From Myxococcaceae bacterium (GTDB taxonomy: Bacteria; Myxococcota; Myxococcia; Myxococcales; UBA5297), in contig JAFVYB010000081.1 in NCBI GenBank assembly GCA_017500825.1, positions 9,448 to 73,447 on the forward strand: 64,000 bases of DNA. Direction: 5' to 3'. The notes under the pieces are model-generated. The model did not search any database and was not told the origin of the DNA. It saw only the letters and a list, made by a program, of their open reading frames with translations. The translations under genes were made by a program, and so were the position numbers. This document shows, piece after piece, positions 9,101 to 17,676 of the stretch; position 1 is the stretch's first letter, and every line of letters begins with the position of its first letter.

Positions 9101-11983
9101 GCGGGACGCGTCGCCCAAAGCGAGATTTCACTCTGGGTCGAGGGCGCGCCGACGCTGGAGGCCAGCGCTGAACAGGGCGCGGGCGGCGAGCTCTTTTTCG
9201 AGCCTGGGACAGATGGCGCGCGGTCGGGCGAACTTCTCGCGCGGCTGTCCAAACCGCCCAGGGCCGCCTGGATCGTCCTCGTCGGCAGCGGCGGTCATCT
9301 CTTCAGCCAACCGATTCGCTTCGGCGACAGCCAGGAGGCGGGTGGATTTCAGAGCGCGCTCGTGCGCCTCGGCGAATTGCGACTGCCCTGGTCCCATGGC
9401 GAAGCGCCCGTCGCCGCCCAGCTCGTCACCTTTGACGGCGCGCGCTTCAACCGACTCTCAGAGAGGCTTTTGGCCGGACGCGAGCGCCCTCGTCCGAGCG
9501 GTGAGGTGTTTCTCCAACGCGGTCCGAAGGCGACGCGACGCGCCCAGGCCCAGGTGATTCGCGACGGCGCGCCGCTCGAAGTCGCCATTCACGCCCAGCG
9601 CGCCCGACCAGGCGGGTTTCTCATCGAGGTGCGCGACGCGTTGGGCCACCCCGTCCCGGAGGCGGAGGTGCTCGTCACGGTCGCGGACGATGGGCGCACA
9701 GCCGACATGTCGGCGTTTTGGACGCGCACTGAGCCCCAACCGCCCACCTCCGGACCTGTGCTCGCCAGCCAGGCTTCCCTGCCCATCTCCCTGCCCCGCG
9801 ACAGCCGCCTCTGCGTTGCCGCCACGGGCGATCACCTCGATCGCGTCCACATGGGAGACGCCTTTCGCCTGCGCCATCCCAGTCCCTGGCCAGTCGTGAG
9901 CGCGTCCACCGAGTCGCGTTGGCTCAAGACCGATCGCGCGGGGCAGGCGCGGTTTGTCCGCGGCGAGTCACTGGCGCCGCAGTCCCGACTGCACGTCAGC
10001 GCTTTTGACAGCCGTTTGGGCCGAGGCGGGCAGGCCAGCGTCGCGCTCGACGATCGCGCCAGCGTGGGCCTCAGGCTCGACCTGCCGCGGTTCGTCCGCC
10101 CCGGCGATCAACCCGTCGCGCGGTTTGCCCTCGACAACCCTCTCTCCCGTGAAGTCGAGGCGCGCCTCGATCTGCGGGCCGCCGGCGCCTGGCTCTCGCC
10201 CAAAGAGGACAGCAAAGTCCTGACGCTGCCGCCGAACAGCCAGGTGGAAATCGCCGTGCCGCTCAAACTCGACGCGGGCGCCCGGTCCGTCCTCCTCAAC
10301 GCCGAGCTGCGCGCGCTGGGGCGAAAGCGTCTGGTCAGTGGCCGGGCCGAGGTGGTCGCCGAACTCGCCGAAAAGCGCCTCTGCGGCCCTCTGCCCAAAG
10401 GCGCGCACGGGATCGACATCGCCTTCACGCGCGGCAGTCGTTCCAAGCGAGGTTTTTTGGAGCTCGAAGTCGGCGCCGAGACCTTGCTCGCCCTCGCCGA
10501 GGCCTGGCGGACAGTCGCGACGCACCCGATGCCGAGTGACGAGGCGCGGATCGCCTTTCTCTTCGCGCTTGGCAGCCTGGGGGAGAGGCGGCTGGCCATG
10601 GTCGAGCCGGACGCGGCGGTCCGAGGGGCGCATTGGCGGCGCGCTCGCGAGGAGGTGGCGGCGTTGGCGGAAAACTGGCGACCGGAGGGGCGGTTCGAAT
10701 GGCGCGGCGAAACGGGCGCGCGCGGCGAATTCCTCACGCTCTTTGCCCTGGACGCGTTGTCGCGACTCGATGGCGCCTGGCCGAGGCAGCTCGACGCCCA
10801 GAAAAAACTGAGCGCGCGGACGCGTTCGATCCTGTCCGCCTCCGAGGCTGTGTTCGCGCGCCTTTTGACCGCGTCCCAAACCAGAGCCGATGCGCCCTCG
10901 GAGACGGATGACGCGCTTTTGGCCTACGCCCTCCACCTGCGCCACCGCCTGCGCGGCCCTCTCGACGCCGACACGCGCCAAACCGCGCTTTCTCTCGCCG
11001 AACGCCTCTTCGCCGGCGCCACGGGTGAACCGCTCGCCTGGCTTTTGCCCGCGCTCTCCACCTCGGCTGATTTCGAGCCAATGGCGCGCCGCTTTGAGGA
11101 ACGGATGCTCTCCGACGGACACGGCACGCACGCGCCCTCCGCCTTTCGCGACGGTGGCCGCGACCTCTTCCACGCCGAGCACCGCGCCGATGCCGTGGCG
11201 ATCGAAGCGCTCACGCGCCTGAAACGCGCGCCCAAACTGCGCGAACGACTGACGCGCGGTCTTTTGAGCCATCGCGACGAACTGGGCCGCTGGGCAAACC
11301 TCCAGGAAAACGCCTGGGCCGTAGCCGCGCTCGCGCCTCTGCCGAACGCCCCTGTTTCGACGCCGGTGCGCGCCTGGTTCGACGGCTACCTCGGCGAACA
11401 ACGACTTGGCCGCGACCGCCCGGTAGCGCGCTGGCGATTCCCGCTCGACCTGTTGCCTGGCAACGCCGACAGGCGCCGACTCGTCGTCGACAACCGCGGG
11501 GATGAGGCGATCGCCTGGCGTCTCATCTGGCGCTGGAACGATCCGCGCGAGGACGTGATCGACGAGGGCACCTCGCTCAGCCGCACGCTGTCGCCGGAAG
11601 GAGGCGAGAAGCTGGAGCGCGATGTCCGATCAGAGGTTCTCCTCAAGACAGGTCGCCGTCTGCGCGCCGCGCACGCCCTGCACATGTCCGAATGCGCGGG
11701 CGATCTCGTCCTGCGTTCGCCCACCCCAGCTGGCCTGGCCGCGCTGACCGACGAGCTCCATCTCGACATCCGCGACTGTCAGGGCCGTCCCGCGCGCGTC
11801 CGCCTCCAGCGCACTCCGGAGGCGATTGAGCTGCACATCTTCGAGGTGGGCAAAGGCGAGCACCTCGTCGAAGAGCGCTGGCTGGCCACACAGCGCGGCG
11901 ATTTCGAGGCCCCTGCGTCGAGTCTCAGCGTCGGCGGCGAACGGCGGGTCGTGGGCGGCAGCGTGCGCATCCGCGTCGAGTGA
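6188..11983 (+). CDS. Bacterial alpha-2-macroglobulin-family lipoprotein, divergent, thioester motif absent
   Basis: Lipobox LSSC. Ig-like start (LTPKVSGTWRWLDARTLAFTPKRPFPPATTFEV). MG/A2M-like motifs (TDRAGQARF, LDLPRFVRPGD, WANLQENAWAVAAL, RGDFEAPAS). About 1930 aa. Confidence 0.75.
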   Translation: MSFDRRLSFWTIALSFTLALSSCGPSTGKAPEVSPEPQREWEEASMASRRVDLRLAETPGRVMGRDETVRVTSRPMPLFNTVPIPRQEKRANPRRPGPEAPEGTPPLPERFVTTDAGAAKEAFAVRQHAPVGEVERPREVRLLFSEDVAEAVAGAVLDEVPIALTPKVSGTWRWLDARTLAFTPKRPFPPATTFEVEVAAAFRSARGEKLSEGARWRFSTGGAQLLGVWPDPGENEAALSDWPRDAPLLLAFDRPVTAGDVKGRLALTSEGGVHELRALEEAEMARDPLIRDAASRWPKAHRVAFKAVHPLPADTEATLTMAFDASLPDETQRLTAFRTEKSFSRAELTCFWAPLPMARAELAIDARIDRQSLTEDRLRLEPPLANQSIALVREETGARRGRSVVVVTGQPPPGTTSIKATLRAGTRDEDGVSSEVDLTAACALSAETPRAWPVADLQVSPRGELALHATAAMSIELAVTPLGEEARAQAVDCLAQKTVRECLPPKIEPNARRQIAIAPTSGEEERQGRIRVDLSEHFAEGVNALFVTLSGEGVEGGPIWIAREHNLIFAEQIGASVVAFVVSAEDGAPRPGVEVRLVDQDRRVRRAVSDGQGVARFEDVEGAAARVEAGNAFAPVFRESPAPRLLTPLLAHRPGDAIRLGGVVFPRGEAARLAIEIAGVGIDARQPPRATAAIDKNGRFDHAIRLPRSVPDGAVEVRLRPIDTRGAPAGRETRALIPVGHWQRGGELPRLFVLGDEVLAQEPLLFQLDEDAAEQPDRALRWRVEAETVALGFGDLPGFVFGDGRRTWARPPAWARALDEEDICRADGRVGRISTLLGGVTASAESGEGWPLALSASVRGEESPRRPQVVQGLVQPATRLVGLRAKRAFWRQGETAEIEVVVVDLGGQIAPGHTVDLEVLALRPEPWLGGHRLREKLAFAESLRSGTMPQKARIRLDERALHRVVARVRDGAGRVAQSEISLWVEGAPTLEASAEQGAGGELFFEPGTDGARSGELLARLSKPPRAAWIVLVGSGGHLFSQPIRFGDSQEAGGFQSALVRLGELRLPWSHGEAPVAAQLVTFDGARFNRLSERLLAGRERPRPSGEVFLQRGPKATRRAQAQVIRDGAPLEVAIHAQRARPGGFLIEVRDALGHPVPEAEVLVTVADDGRTADMSAFWTRTEPQPPTSGPVLASQASLPISLPRDSRLCVAATGDHLDRVHMGDAFRLRHPSPWPVVSASTESRWLKTDRAGQARFVRGESLAPQSRLHVSAFDSRLGRGGQASVALDDRASVGLRLDLPRFVRPGDQPVARFALDNPLSREVEARLDLRAAGAWLSPKEDSKVLTLPPNSQVEIAVPLKLDAGARSVLLNAELRALGRKRLVSGRAEVVAELAEKRLCGPLPKGAHGIDIAFTRGSRSKRGFLELEVGAETLLALAEAWRTVATHPMPSDEARIAFLFALGSLGERRLAMVEPDAAVRGAHWRRAREEVAALAENWRPEGRFEWRGETGARGEFLTLFALDALSRLDGAWPRQLDAQKKLSARTRSILSASEAVFARLLTASQTRADAPSETDDALLAYALHLRHRLRGPLDADTRQTALSLAERLFAGATGEPLAWLLPALSTSADFEPMARRFEERMLSDGHGTHAPSAFRDGGRDLFHAEHRADAVAIEALTRLKRAPKLRERLTRGLLSHRDELGRWANLQENAWAVAALAPLPNAPVSTPVRAWFDGYLGEQRLGRDRPVARWRFPLDLLPGNADRRRLVVDNRGDEAIAWRLIWRWNDPREDVIDEGTSLSRTLSPEGGEKLERDVRSEVLLKTGRRLRAAHALHMSECAGDLVLRSPTPAGLAALTDELHLDIRDCQGRPARVRLQRTPEAIELHIFEVGKGEHLVEERWLATQRGDFEAPASSLSVGGERRVVGGSVRIRVE

Positions 11984-12013
11984 AAGCGGGCGGCGTCAGC
12001 GGCTTGTCCGCGC

Positions 12014-13159
12014 TCAGCGCAACGGCAGGAGCAGGAGGTAATCGCCCCCGGGCTGGAGGCTGTAGCTGTAGGGCGTCTCGAACGGATAGCGATCCTCGCC
12101 TGGCCGCAGATAGCCCGTCTCGATGAGGCGGGAGAGGTCGGTCGGCGGCTCGCCATGCGCGATGCGGTAGGCCTCGATGGCGCTGACGATGCGGCTCTTC
12201 TGGGCGGTGCCGACGATCTCGCGGTAGGCGGCCTCGTTGGGCCACAGCGTCCGCTGGGCATGGCGTTGGAGCGCCAGATGGCCGACGAGCGCGGTCAGAC
12301 CCACGAGCAGGCAGGCGTAGAGGAAGGCATTGAGCACGCTTCGCAGATCGCGCTGCTGTCCCACGCCGCCCGTCGCGCCGCGCCGCGCCGACCTTCCCCG
12401 GGCGACGATCTTCAGGAGACCCACGTCGCAGAGGGTGTTGAGCGCGCGCAGCGCCTCGAATTCGCCCAGCATTGAACGCGCCACGATGTCCGCGATCGAG
12501 CGCTCCGGCTCGGCCAGCGCGTAGAGGCACCGCTCGCGATCGCCGAGGGAAATCCCCTTCTTTTGCAGCTTCAAAAACTCCGGGCTCTCCGGCAGCGGCA
12601 GGCATTTGAGCCGCCTGAAACACGCCTCGTTCGAGTGAAACCTGCGCCTGAGACTCGGCCACTGCGACCGCCGCCGCGTTCCCTCCTGCACCACCGCCGC
12701 GCACTCGATCGGCGCCAGACCCTCAAAGTCGCGTCCCACCTCGCCGGTGACGAATTTCCACGTGCCCGTTGTCCATTCGAAGGGCTGGAAGAGCGCTTCC
12801 ATCGTCTGCAGGGCGGCGAAATCGCGCAGCGCCTCGCGGGAGAGCGCCCCGGCGTCGACCAGAATCTCGCCCAGCTGCTTGAGGGTGCGCCGCTGCTCGT
12901 CGACGGCGCGGGAACGCTGCTGCTCACTGATGAGACCGGCGCTCACGAGCAGATTGCCGAACAGCTCGTTTGGCTTGGGGCGAAAGCGCTTGGCCTTGCA
13001 GATGCGTCCTTCGCGAAACGAGACCTCGATGGCGCGATCGCCGCTCGTGCTCAGGTGCAGCATCCCGGTCCGCTTCTGCTGCGCGAGGAGGGTCAGGAGA
13101 TCTTCGATCGGGAAGTCCTTGAAGGAACCCTCGTGTGTCTCTGCCTGGACGCTCTTCAT
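12014..13159 (-). CDS. DUF4388 domain protein with a TM segment and a pseudopilin (GspG-like) C-terminal domain
   Basis: GSFKDFPIEDLLTLLAQQKRTGMLHL...FREGRI N-terminus; C-terminus AIEAYRIAHG..P..L..L...YPFETPYSY. Confidence 0.8.
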   Translation of the reverse strand: MKSVQAETHEGSFKDFPIEDLLTLLAQQKRTGMLHLSTSGDRAIEVSFREGRICKAKRFRPKPNELFGNLLVSAGLISEQQRSRAVDEQRRTLKQLGEILVDAGALSREALRDFAALQTMEALFQPFEWTTGTWKFVTGEVGRDFEGLAPIECAAVVQEGTRRRSQWPSLRRRFHSNEACFRRLKCLPLPESPEFLKLQKKGISLGDRERCLYALAEPERSIADIVARSMLGEFEALRALNTLCDVGLLKIVARGRSARRGATGGVGQQRDLRSVLNAFLYACLLVGLTALVGHLALQRHAQRTLWPNEAAYREIVGTAQKSRIVSAIEAYRIAHGEPPTDLSRLIETGYLRPGEDRYPFETPYSYSLQPGGDYLLLLPLR

Positions 13160-15279
13160 CTGAGTTTCCCGAGCGGTGAGAGGTTGTTGCGCTTCTGTTG
13201 GGCGCGGAGGGCGCGTCGCGTGACGAGAAAGCTCTGCGACCAGAGAAGGGCGATGAGCGCGATGGCCGGCACGCGTTTGATGAGGGGCGGGATCGCGTCA
13301 AAGGGCGAGGGGAAGAAGCCGCCGGGGAAGGCGATGAGGAGGGCGAGCAGGCAGGCGCAGGCGAGTCCCAAAGCGCCGCGCAGGGCCTTGCCGCGCCACA
13401 TCGCGCCCGAGCCGGGGATGAGCAGCGCGGAGACGAGGATGGCCCGCTGACGCCACTTTTGACGGCGCTGAATCTGCCATTCGCGTCGCGCGCAGGCGGT
13501 CGAATCGGGGCGTCCCGGCTGGCCAAAGACGCTGAAGCAGTCCGCGCACAGGCCAGGGCTGGGCGAGCGGTGTTCACAGCGGTTGCAGGCGGGCGCGCCA
13601 CATTTGAAACAGGGACGCGTCACAGGCACCAGCAGGCGCCCCAGGCCATAGATGAGCCAGAGCGCGAGAATGGTGACGGTGACCTTGATCGGCGATTGCC
13701 GCGCGTGCGTTCCGAAGAAGAACCCCGTCACCCGCCCGCCCAGATCGGCGGCGATTTTTTCCTGGCGCGCGTTTTTGGCGAGCGCGCGGACATCGAGCGG
13801 AGCGGTGAGGACGAAATGGTTGGCCCGCATGTCGAGCGGCGCGTGGGCAAGCGCGGGGTCGAGCTGCGCGGCTTCGTCGAACATCGACTTGGCCATTTCG
13901 AACAGCTGCCGGGCCTGTTCCGGCTCTGCCGAGAGCTGGGCTTTGCGCAGGTAGTAGCTGGAGAGGTTGAAGGCGGCCTCGGCGCTCTTCGGGTCGTGCT
14001 GGCGGGCGCGCGTGTAGTTCTCAAAGGCGCGCTCCAGGTCGCCGGCGCACAGGTAGGCGTTGCCAATCGCGATCCACGGCGCGGAGGCGTTCTGGTTGAG
14101 ACGTGTGGCCTGCCGCAGGAGGGGGATGGCGCGCGCGTATTCACCGCCACGCAGCGCCTTCCGTCCCAGGATGTAGCTGGCCGCGTAGGCGTGCTCGGAT
14201 TCCTCGGCGAGGCGCATCTCCTGCGCGCGCATGTGTCCGCCCTCGGGGCCGCTGCGATCGATGAAGTAGAGCGCCTGGGCGTCGGCATCGAGGATGGGCA
14301 GCCGCTCGCTGACCTCGCTCACCAGCGTTGGCATGGCGGCCAGCAGCAGGAGCGAGAGGCTGAGCGCGGCGCGTTCGCCGAGCGAGGCGTAGGGAATGAG
14401 CAGAAGGCCCAGGAAGGCGATCGGTCCGAGCAGGCCAAACCCCTCGATCCAGAGAAGGGCGGAGAGGATCAAAAGGAGCGGCAGGATGGCGATCGGCCTC
14501 ACGCCGCGCGGCGCCAGATGCGCGAGGTCATGCAGCAGGAGGCCAGCCGACCGGAGGAGCGCTGTCACGAGGAGCGCCAGGGCGATGGCGATGGCGAGCA
14601 CCGGGGCGACGAGGATCAGGTCCATGTGGCGGGCGGCTTCGCCATAGGGTTCGCGGAAGGAGGCCTTGGACGCGGCCCAGAGTTCCGCGGCGAGCGCGCT
14701 CAAGCCGATGCCCGACGATTCGCGGGCCTTCCACGAGGCCAGAAGCGCGACCCAGTGCGGTTGGGCGAGCGAGGGCGACAGCTCGGCGGCCAGAAGCGCC
14801 TTGCGGCGGGCCTCCGCGGGGTTGGCGTCGATCAGGGCCCTGGCCTCGATGAGGAGCGCGGTCGAAAACGAGAAGAGGTTGTCGATGTCGAGTTCATCGC
14901 GCAGGGCGGCGATCTCTCGCTCGATCTCGTGGACGCGGTTCACGTCGCCGTCGGCCATGGCGTGCCGCCGGTCTTCGAAGAGCGCCTGCAGGCCATCGAA
15001 GCCACGCGCGGGGGGCAGCTGGATGGCGGGCGCGTTCACCTCTCCATCGACGGGCACCGGCGCCTTGGCCTGCCGCAGGTAGTCGCCGCGCAGCGCGGGT
15101 TTTTCCTCGTTCGTCGCGTTCGCGGTGGACGGCGAGATCGGCGCGCTCGCCTCAACGGGCGACGGCGTCAGCCACGACAGACAAAAGAGAAGCGCGGCGG
15201 TCGCACAGAAGATGGCGCGTCGGGATTTGAGACCATCGCCAACTTCAGGCGTGAACGCTGCGCTCGCGAAACAGGACAT
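13156..15279 (-). CDS. Multi-pass membrane protein with TPRs and a Cys-rich Zn-finger-like segment
   Basis: Several TM helices, TPR repeats, CxxC..CxxC..CxxC cluster; 4-bp overlap with the DUF4388 gene. Confidence 0.75.
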   Translation of the reverse strand: MSCFASAAFTPEVGDGLKSRRAIFCATAALLFCLSWLTPSPVEASAPISPSTANATNEEKPALRGDYLRQAKAPVPVDGEVNAPAIQLPPARGFDGLQALFEDRRHAMADGDVNRVHEIEREIAALRDELDIDNLFSFSTALLIEARALIDANPAEARRKALLAAELSPSLAQPHWVALLASWKARESSGIGLSALAAELWAASKASFREPYGEAARHMDLILVAPVLAIAIALALLVTALLRSAGLLLHDLAHLAPRGVRPIAILPLLLILSALLWIEGFGLLGPIAFLGLLLIPYASLGERAALSLSLLLLAAMPTLVSEVSERLPILDADAQALYFIDRSGPEGGHMRAQEMRLAEESEHAYAASYILGRKALRGGEYARAIPLLRQATRLNQNASAPWIAIGNAYLCAGDLERAFENYTRARQHDPKSAEAAFNLSSYYLRKAQLSAEPEQARQLFEMAKSMFDEAAQLDPALAHAPLDMRANHFVLTAPLDVRALAKNARQEKIAADLGGRVTGFFFGTHARQSPIKVTVTILALWLIYGLGRLLVPVTRPCFKCGAPACNRCEHRSPSPGLCADCFSVFGQPGRPDSTACARREWQIQRRQKWRQRAILVSALLIPGSGAMWRGKALRGALGLACACLLALLIAFPGGFFPSPFDAIPPLIKRVPAIALIALLWSQSFLVTRRALRAQQKRNNLSPLGKLR

Positions 15280-15298
15280 GGCGGAAGAGAGGGGCGAA

Positions 15299-15682
15299 TC
15301 AGGGTTGTCGCTTGAGAAGGCGGTGCGTCAGCTCGGGGCCAAGGCTCGCCTCCATCATCTTTTCGACACTGCTCTCGAATCGCCGCCGCTCAGTTTCGTC
15401 GTCCCAGATGAAGCAGATGCCCATGCCAGGGTTGTCGCCCTCGGCTTTGGACCAGGTCACCTCGCCCAAAAGTTCGTAGGGGGCGGCCGCGCCAGGGAGC
15501 GTGAGGAGGAAGCGGAAGCGCGTGCCAATCGAGAGAGGCGCCGTCGTCGCGATGAAGGTGCCGCCGTGCGAGATGTTGCGCGTGTAGTCGGCGAAGAAGC
15601 TGTTGACCCGCCGGTATTCGACTTTGAGCTCGATGGGGGCGCGCGGTGTCGTTCTGCTCTCGCTGAAGTTCGCGTTGGACAA
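15299..15682 (-). CDS. Stand-alone PilZ-domain protein (myxobacterial TIGR02266 type)
   Basis: RTTPR (RxxxR) and NISHGG (D/NxSxxG) motifs; GEVTW...PGMGICF. Confidence 0.88.
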   Translation of the reverse strand: MSNANFSESRTTPRAPIELKVEYRRVNSFFADYTRNISHGGTFIATTAPLSIGTRFRFLLTLPGAAAPYELLGEVTWSKAEGDNPGMGICFIWDDETERRRFESSVEKMMEASLGPELTHRLLKRQP

Positions 15683-15894
15683 GGTCGTCTCCCAAAAGCC
15701 CCGTGGGCAAAAAGGCGGCGGATACTAGGCGGCGAAAGTCAAACCGCAACACCTCAAGGCGCCCCCCGCGACACGGTCAAAAATGCGTCGTGTGAGACGA
15801 GAAAACCTCCCGCGCCATGAAGGGGGGAGGCCTCTTGGACAGCCTGGACAGTGTGGCGGCCGGGAGCGCGCGACGCCGGGCCGGATTCGCAGGA

Positions 15895-16395
15895 TCAGAT
15901 TCCGTGGAGGATCTTCCACATGCCCTCTTCGAGCTGGAGGACCATCTCCTTGGTGTCCGACTCTGTGCGCCAGACGAGCTTGTCGCTTCCGTTGCCCTCG
16001 GGGACCTGAAAACTGATGTCGTAGAAGTAGACGACCGCGGCCTTGACGATCTCGCCCTCGGGATTCTCCTCGAAGGTGATCTTGCGCACCTCGATGCGCG
16101 AACGGACCGACTTGAAGTGGCTGAACCACGCCTTGAGCTTGGGTTCGATGCCCTGGCGGTCGAAGTCGTCCTCGCCCTCGACGGTCCCGGCGTTCTCGAA
16201 GAAGTCGACGCTCGCCAGCGCCACGATCTTCTCGATGTCGCGCGCCTCCAGCGCCTCTGTGTAGGCCCGCATCACGTCGAGAATCTGCCGCGCCTCGTCC
16301 GTGTCCTCGATCATCGTCCCGGGGATGAGCTTGGTCGCGCACGCCGGGGTGAAAAAGAGAGCCAGGAGGCAGAGGAGGAGAGGGAAACGTTTCAT
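15895..16395 (-). CDS. Lipoprotein with an NTF2/SnoaL-like fold
   Basis: Lipobox TPAC; YTEALEARDIEKIVAL and WKILHG are typical of NTF2-like proteins. Confidence 0.75.
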   Translation of the reverse strand: MKRFPLLLCLLALFFTPACATKLIPGTMIEDTDEARQILDVMRAYTEALEARDIEKIVALASVDFFENAGTVEGEDDFDRQGIEPKLKAWFSHFKSVRSRIEVRKITFEENPEGEIVKAAVVYFYDISFQVPEGNGSDKLVWRTESDTKEMVLQLEEGMWKILHGI

Positions 16396-16698
16396 GGAGG
16401 CTCCAAAGAGGGACGGCGGATGGGGAGGCCGCGGCCTGGTGTCGTTTGGCGAGCGCCGACGCGACTGACGATGGCGGGCGGCAGGGACCTCGGGCCCAAA
16501 AGGGGCGCCCCTTCGCGTTCAAAACGCCAAAGAAGTCAACGGAAGACGCTGCAACCGAGGACCGCTCCAGGGATTCCGCGCCGGTCGATGACCGCTGTCA
16601 CGGCCCTGGGATGAGAGGATGTCGCGCCTGCGTTCGAGCGCGCTGACATGAACGGAAGCGGGCGCCGGGCAGCGGGCTTCTGGCCAGGGCCAAGCGAC

Positions 16699-16735
16699 AA
16701 AAGAAAAGGCCCGCTTCCTCGGGGGAAACGGGCCT
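16699..16735 (-). terminator. Rho-independent terminator downstream of tRNA-Ala
   Basis: Minus strand aggcccgtttcc...ggaagcgggcct then ttttctttt. Confidence 0.8.
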
Positions 16736-16757
16736 GAACCTTCTGGAATCAACTTCA

Positions 16758-16833
16758 TGGTGGAGGCGGTGGGGATCGAACCCGCGACCTCAGCATTGCG
16801 AACGCTGCGCTCTCCCAACTGAGCTACGCCCCC
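16758..16833 (-). tRNA. tRNA-Ala (anticodon CGC)
   Basis: GGGGGCGTAGCTCAGTTGGGAGAGCGCAGCGTTCGCAATGCTGAGGTCGCGGGTTCGATCCCCACCGCCTCCACCA; 76-nt cloverleaf with encoded CCA. Confidence 0.97.
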
Positions 16834-16879
16834 ATGAGGGTGTCTCCTCGGCGCCAAGGCGTCGAAAAAACGACGCGGC

Positions 16880-16908
16880 CCTCTAGTCAAAGTCCCCTCG
16901 TTCGTCAA
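16880..16908 (-). promoter_or_regulatory. Putative sigma70 promoter of tRNA-Ala
   Basis: TTGACG-17 bp-TAGAGG followed by GC-rich GCCGCG. Confidence 0.55.
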
Positions 16909-16981
16909 CTATTTATTTGTCTGAAAATCACGCCCGAGTTTGCCCCGTTTTCCGGGCTTTTCCCTCGACAAGGAACGCCCC

Positions 16982-17563
16982 ATGTCCCGCCGACCGACTT
17001 TGAAATCCGCCATTTGTCCCGCGCTGACGTTCGCGTTCGCCCTCTGCCTCGTCGGTTGCGGCGAAGAGACGCCCGATCCCAACGTCCACCAGGAAATCGA
17101 CGCCATCTCGGGCGCCACGGGCGGCGAGCCTGACCATCTCGTCCCGGTCTGCTGCGACTACGGCCTGGAGGAGCGGCGCCTGGCCGACGAGCTCTTTGCG
17201 CTGCTCAACGCCTATCGCGCGGAGAATGGGCTTGAGGCGCTCGAACGCGACGACGGACTCGACAGGGCGATGCAGGGCCACTGTCATCACATGGCGATTC
17301 ACCCCTTCTTCGATCACATCGCGCCCGAGGAAGACATCGCCAGTCCGTGGACGCGCGCCCAGCTGTGCGGCGCTTCGGCCAACGGCGAAAACATCGCGGC
17401 GGGGCAAAGTTCGGCGGCGGCCGTGATGGAGAGCTGGAAGTCGAGCCCCGGGCACAACGCCAACATGCTGGACGCGGGCTTCAGGCGCGTGGGCGTCGGC
17501 GCCTTTGTCAGTCCGGAGGGCGCGCCCTATCCCCTCTATTGGGGGCAGCTCTTTGGCCGTTAG
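16982..17563 (+). CDS. CAP/SCP domain lipoprotein
   Basis: Lipobox LVGC; LLNAYRAENGL, GENIAAG, WKSSPGHNANML, VGVG, YWGQLF. Confidence 0.92.
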   Translation: MSRRPTLKSAICPALTFAFALCLVGCGEETPDPNVHQEIDAISGATGGEPDHLVPVCCDYGLEERRLADELFALLNAYRAENGLEALERDDGLDRAMQGHCHHMAIHPFFDHIAPEEDIASPWTRAQLCGASANGENIAAGQSSAAAVMESWKSSPGHNANMLDAGFRRVGVGAFVSPEGAPYPLYWGQLFGR

Positions 17564-17676
17564 CCGTTCGCCAAAATTGAACTCCGCGTGTTCAGGCGTC
17601 GCGGGGAACGGAAGCGCGAGATCCGGGGCGTCAGGGGACGGCGAGAACGCGCTTGTCGCGTGAGGTCGCGCGAAAT

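Noticed and set aside
16400-16760. Possible integrated element at tRNA-Ala (and at tRNA-Val)
   Set aside because: No integrase, no duplicated tRNA 3' end found, and the flanks look like host genes.
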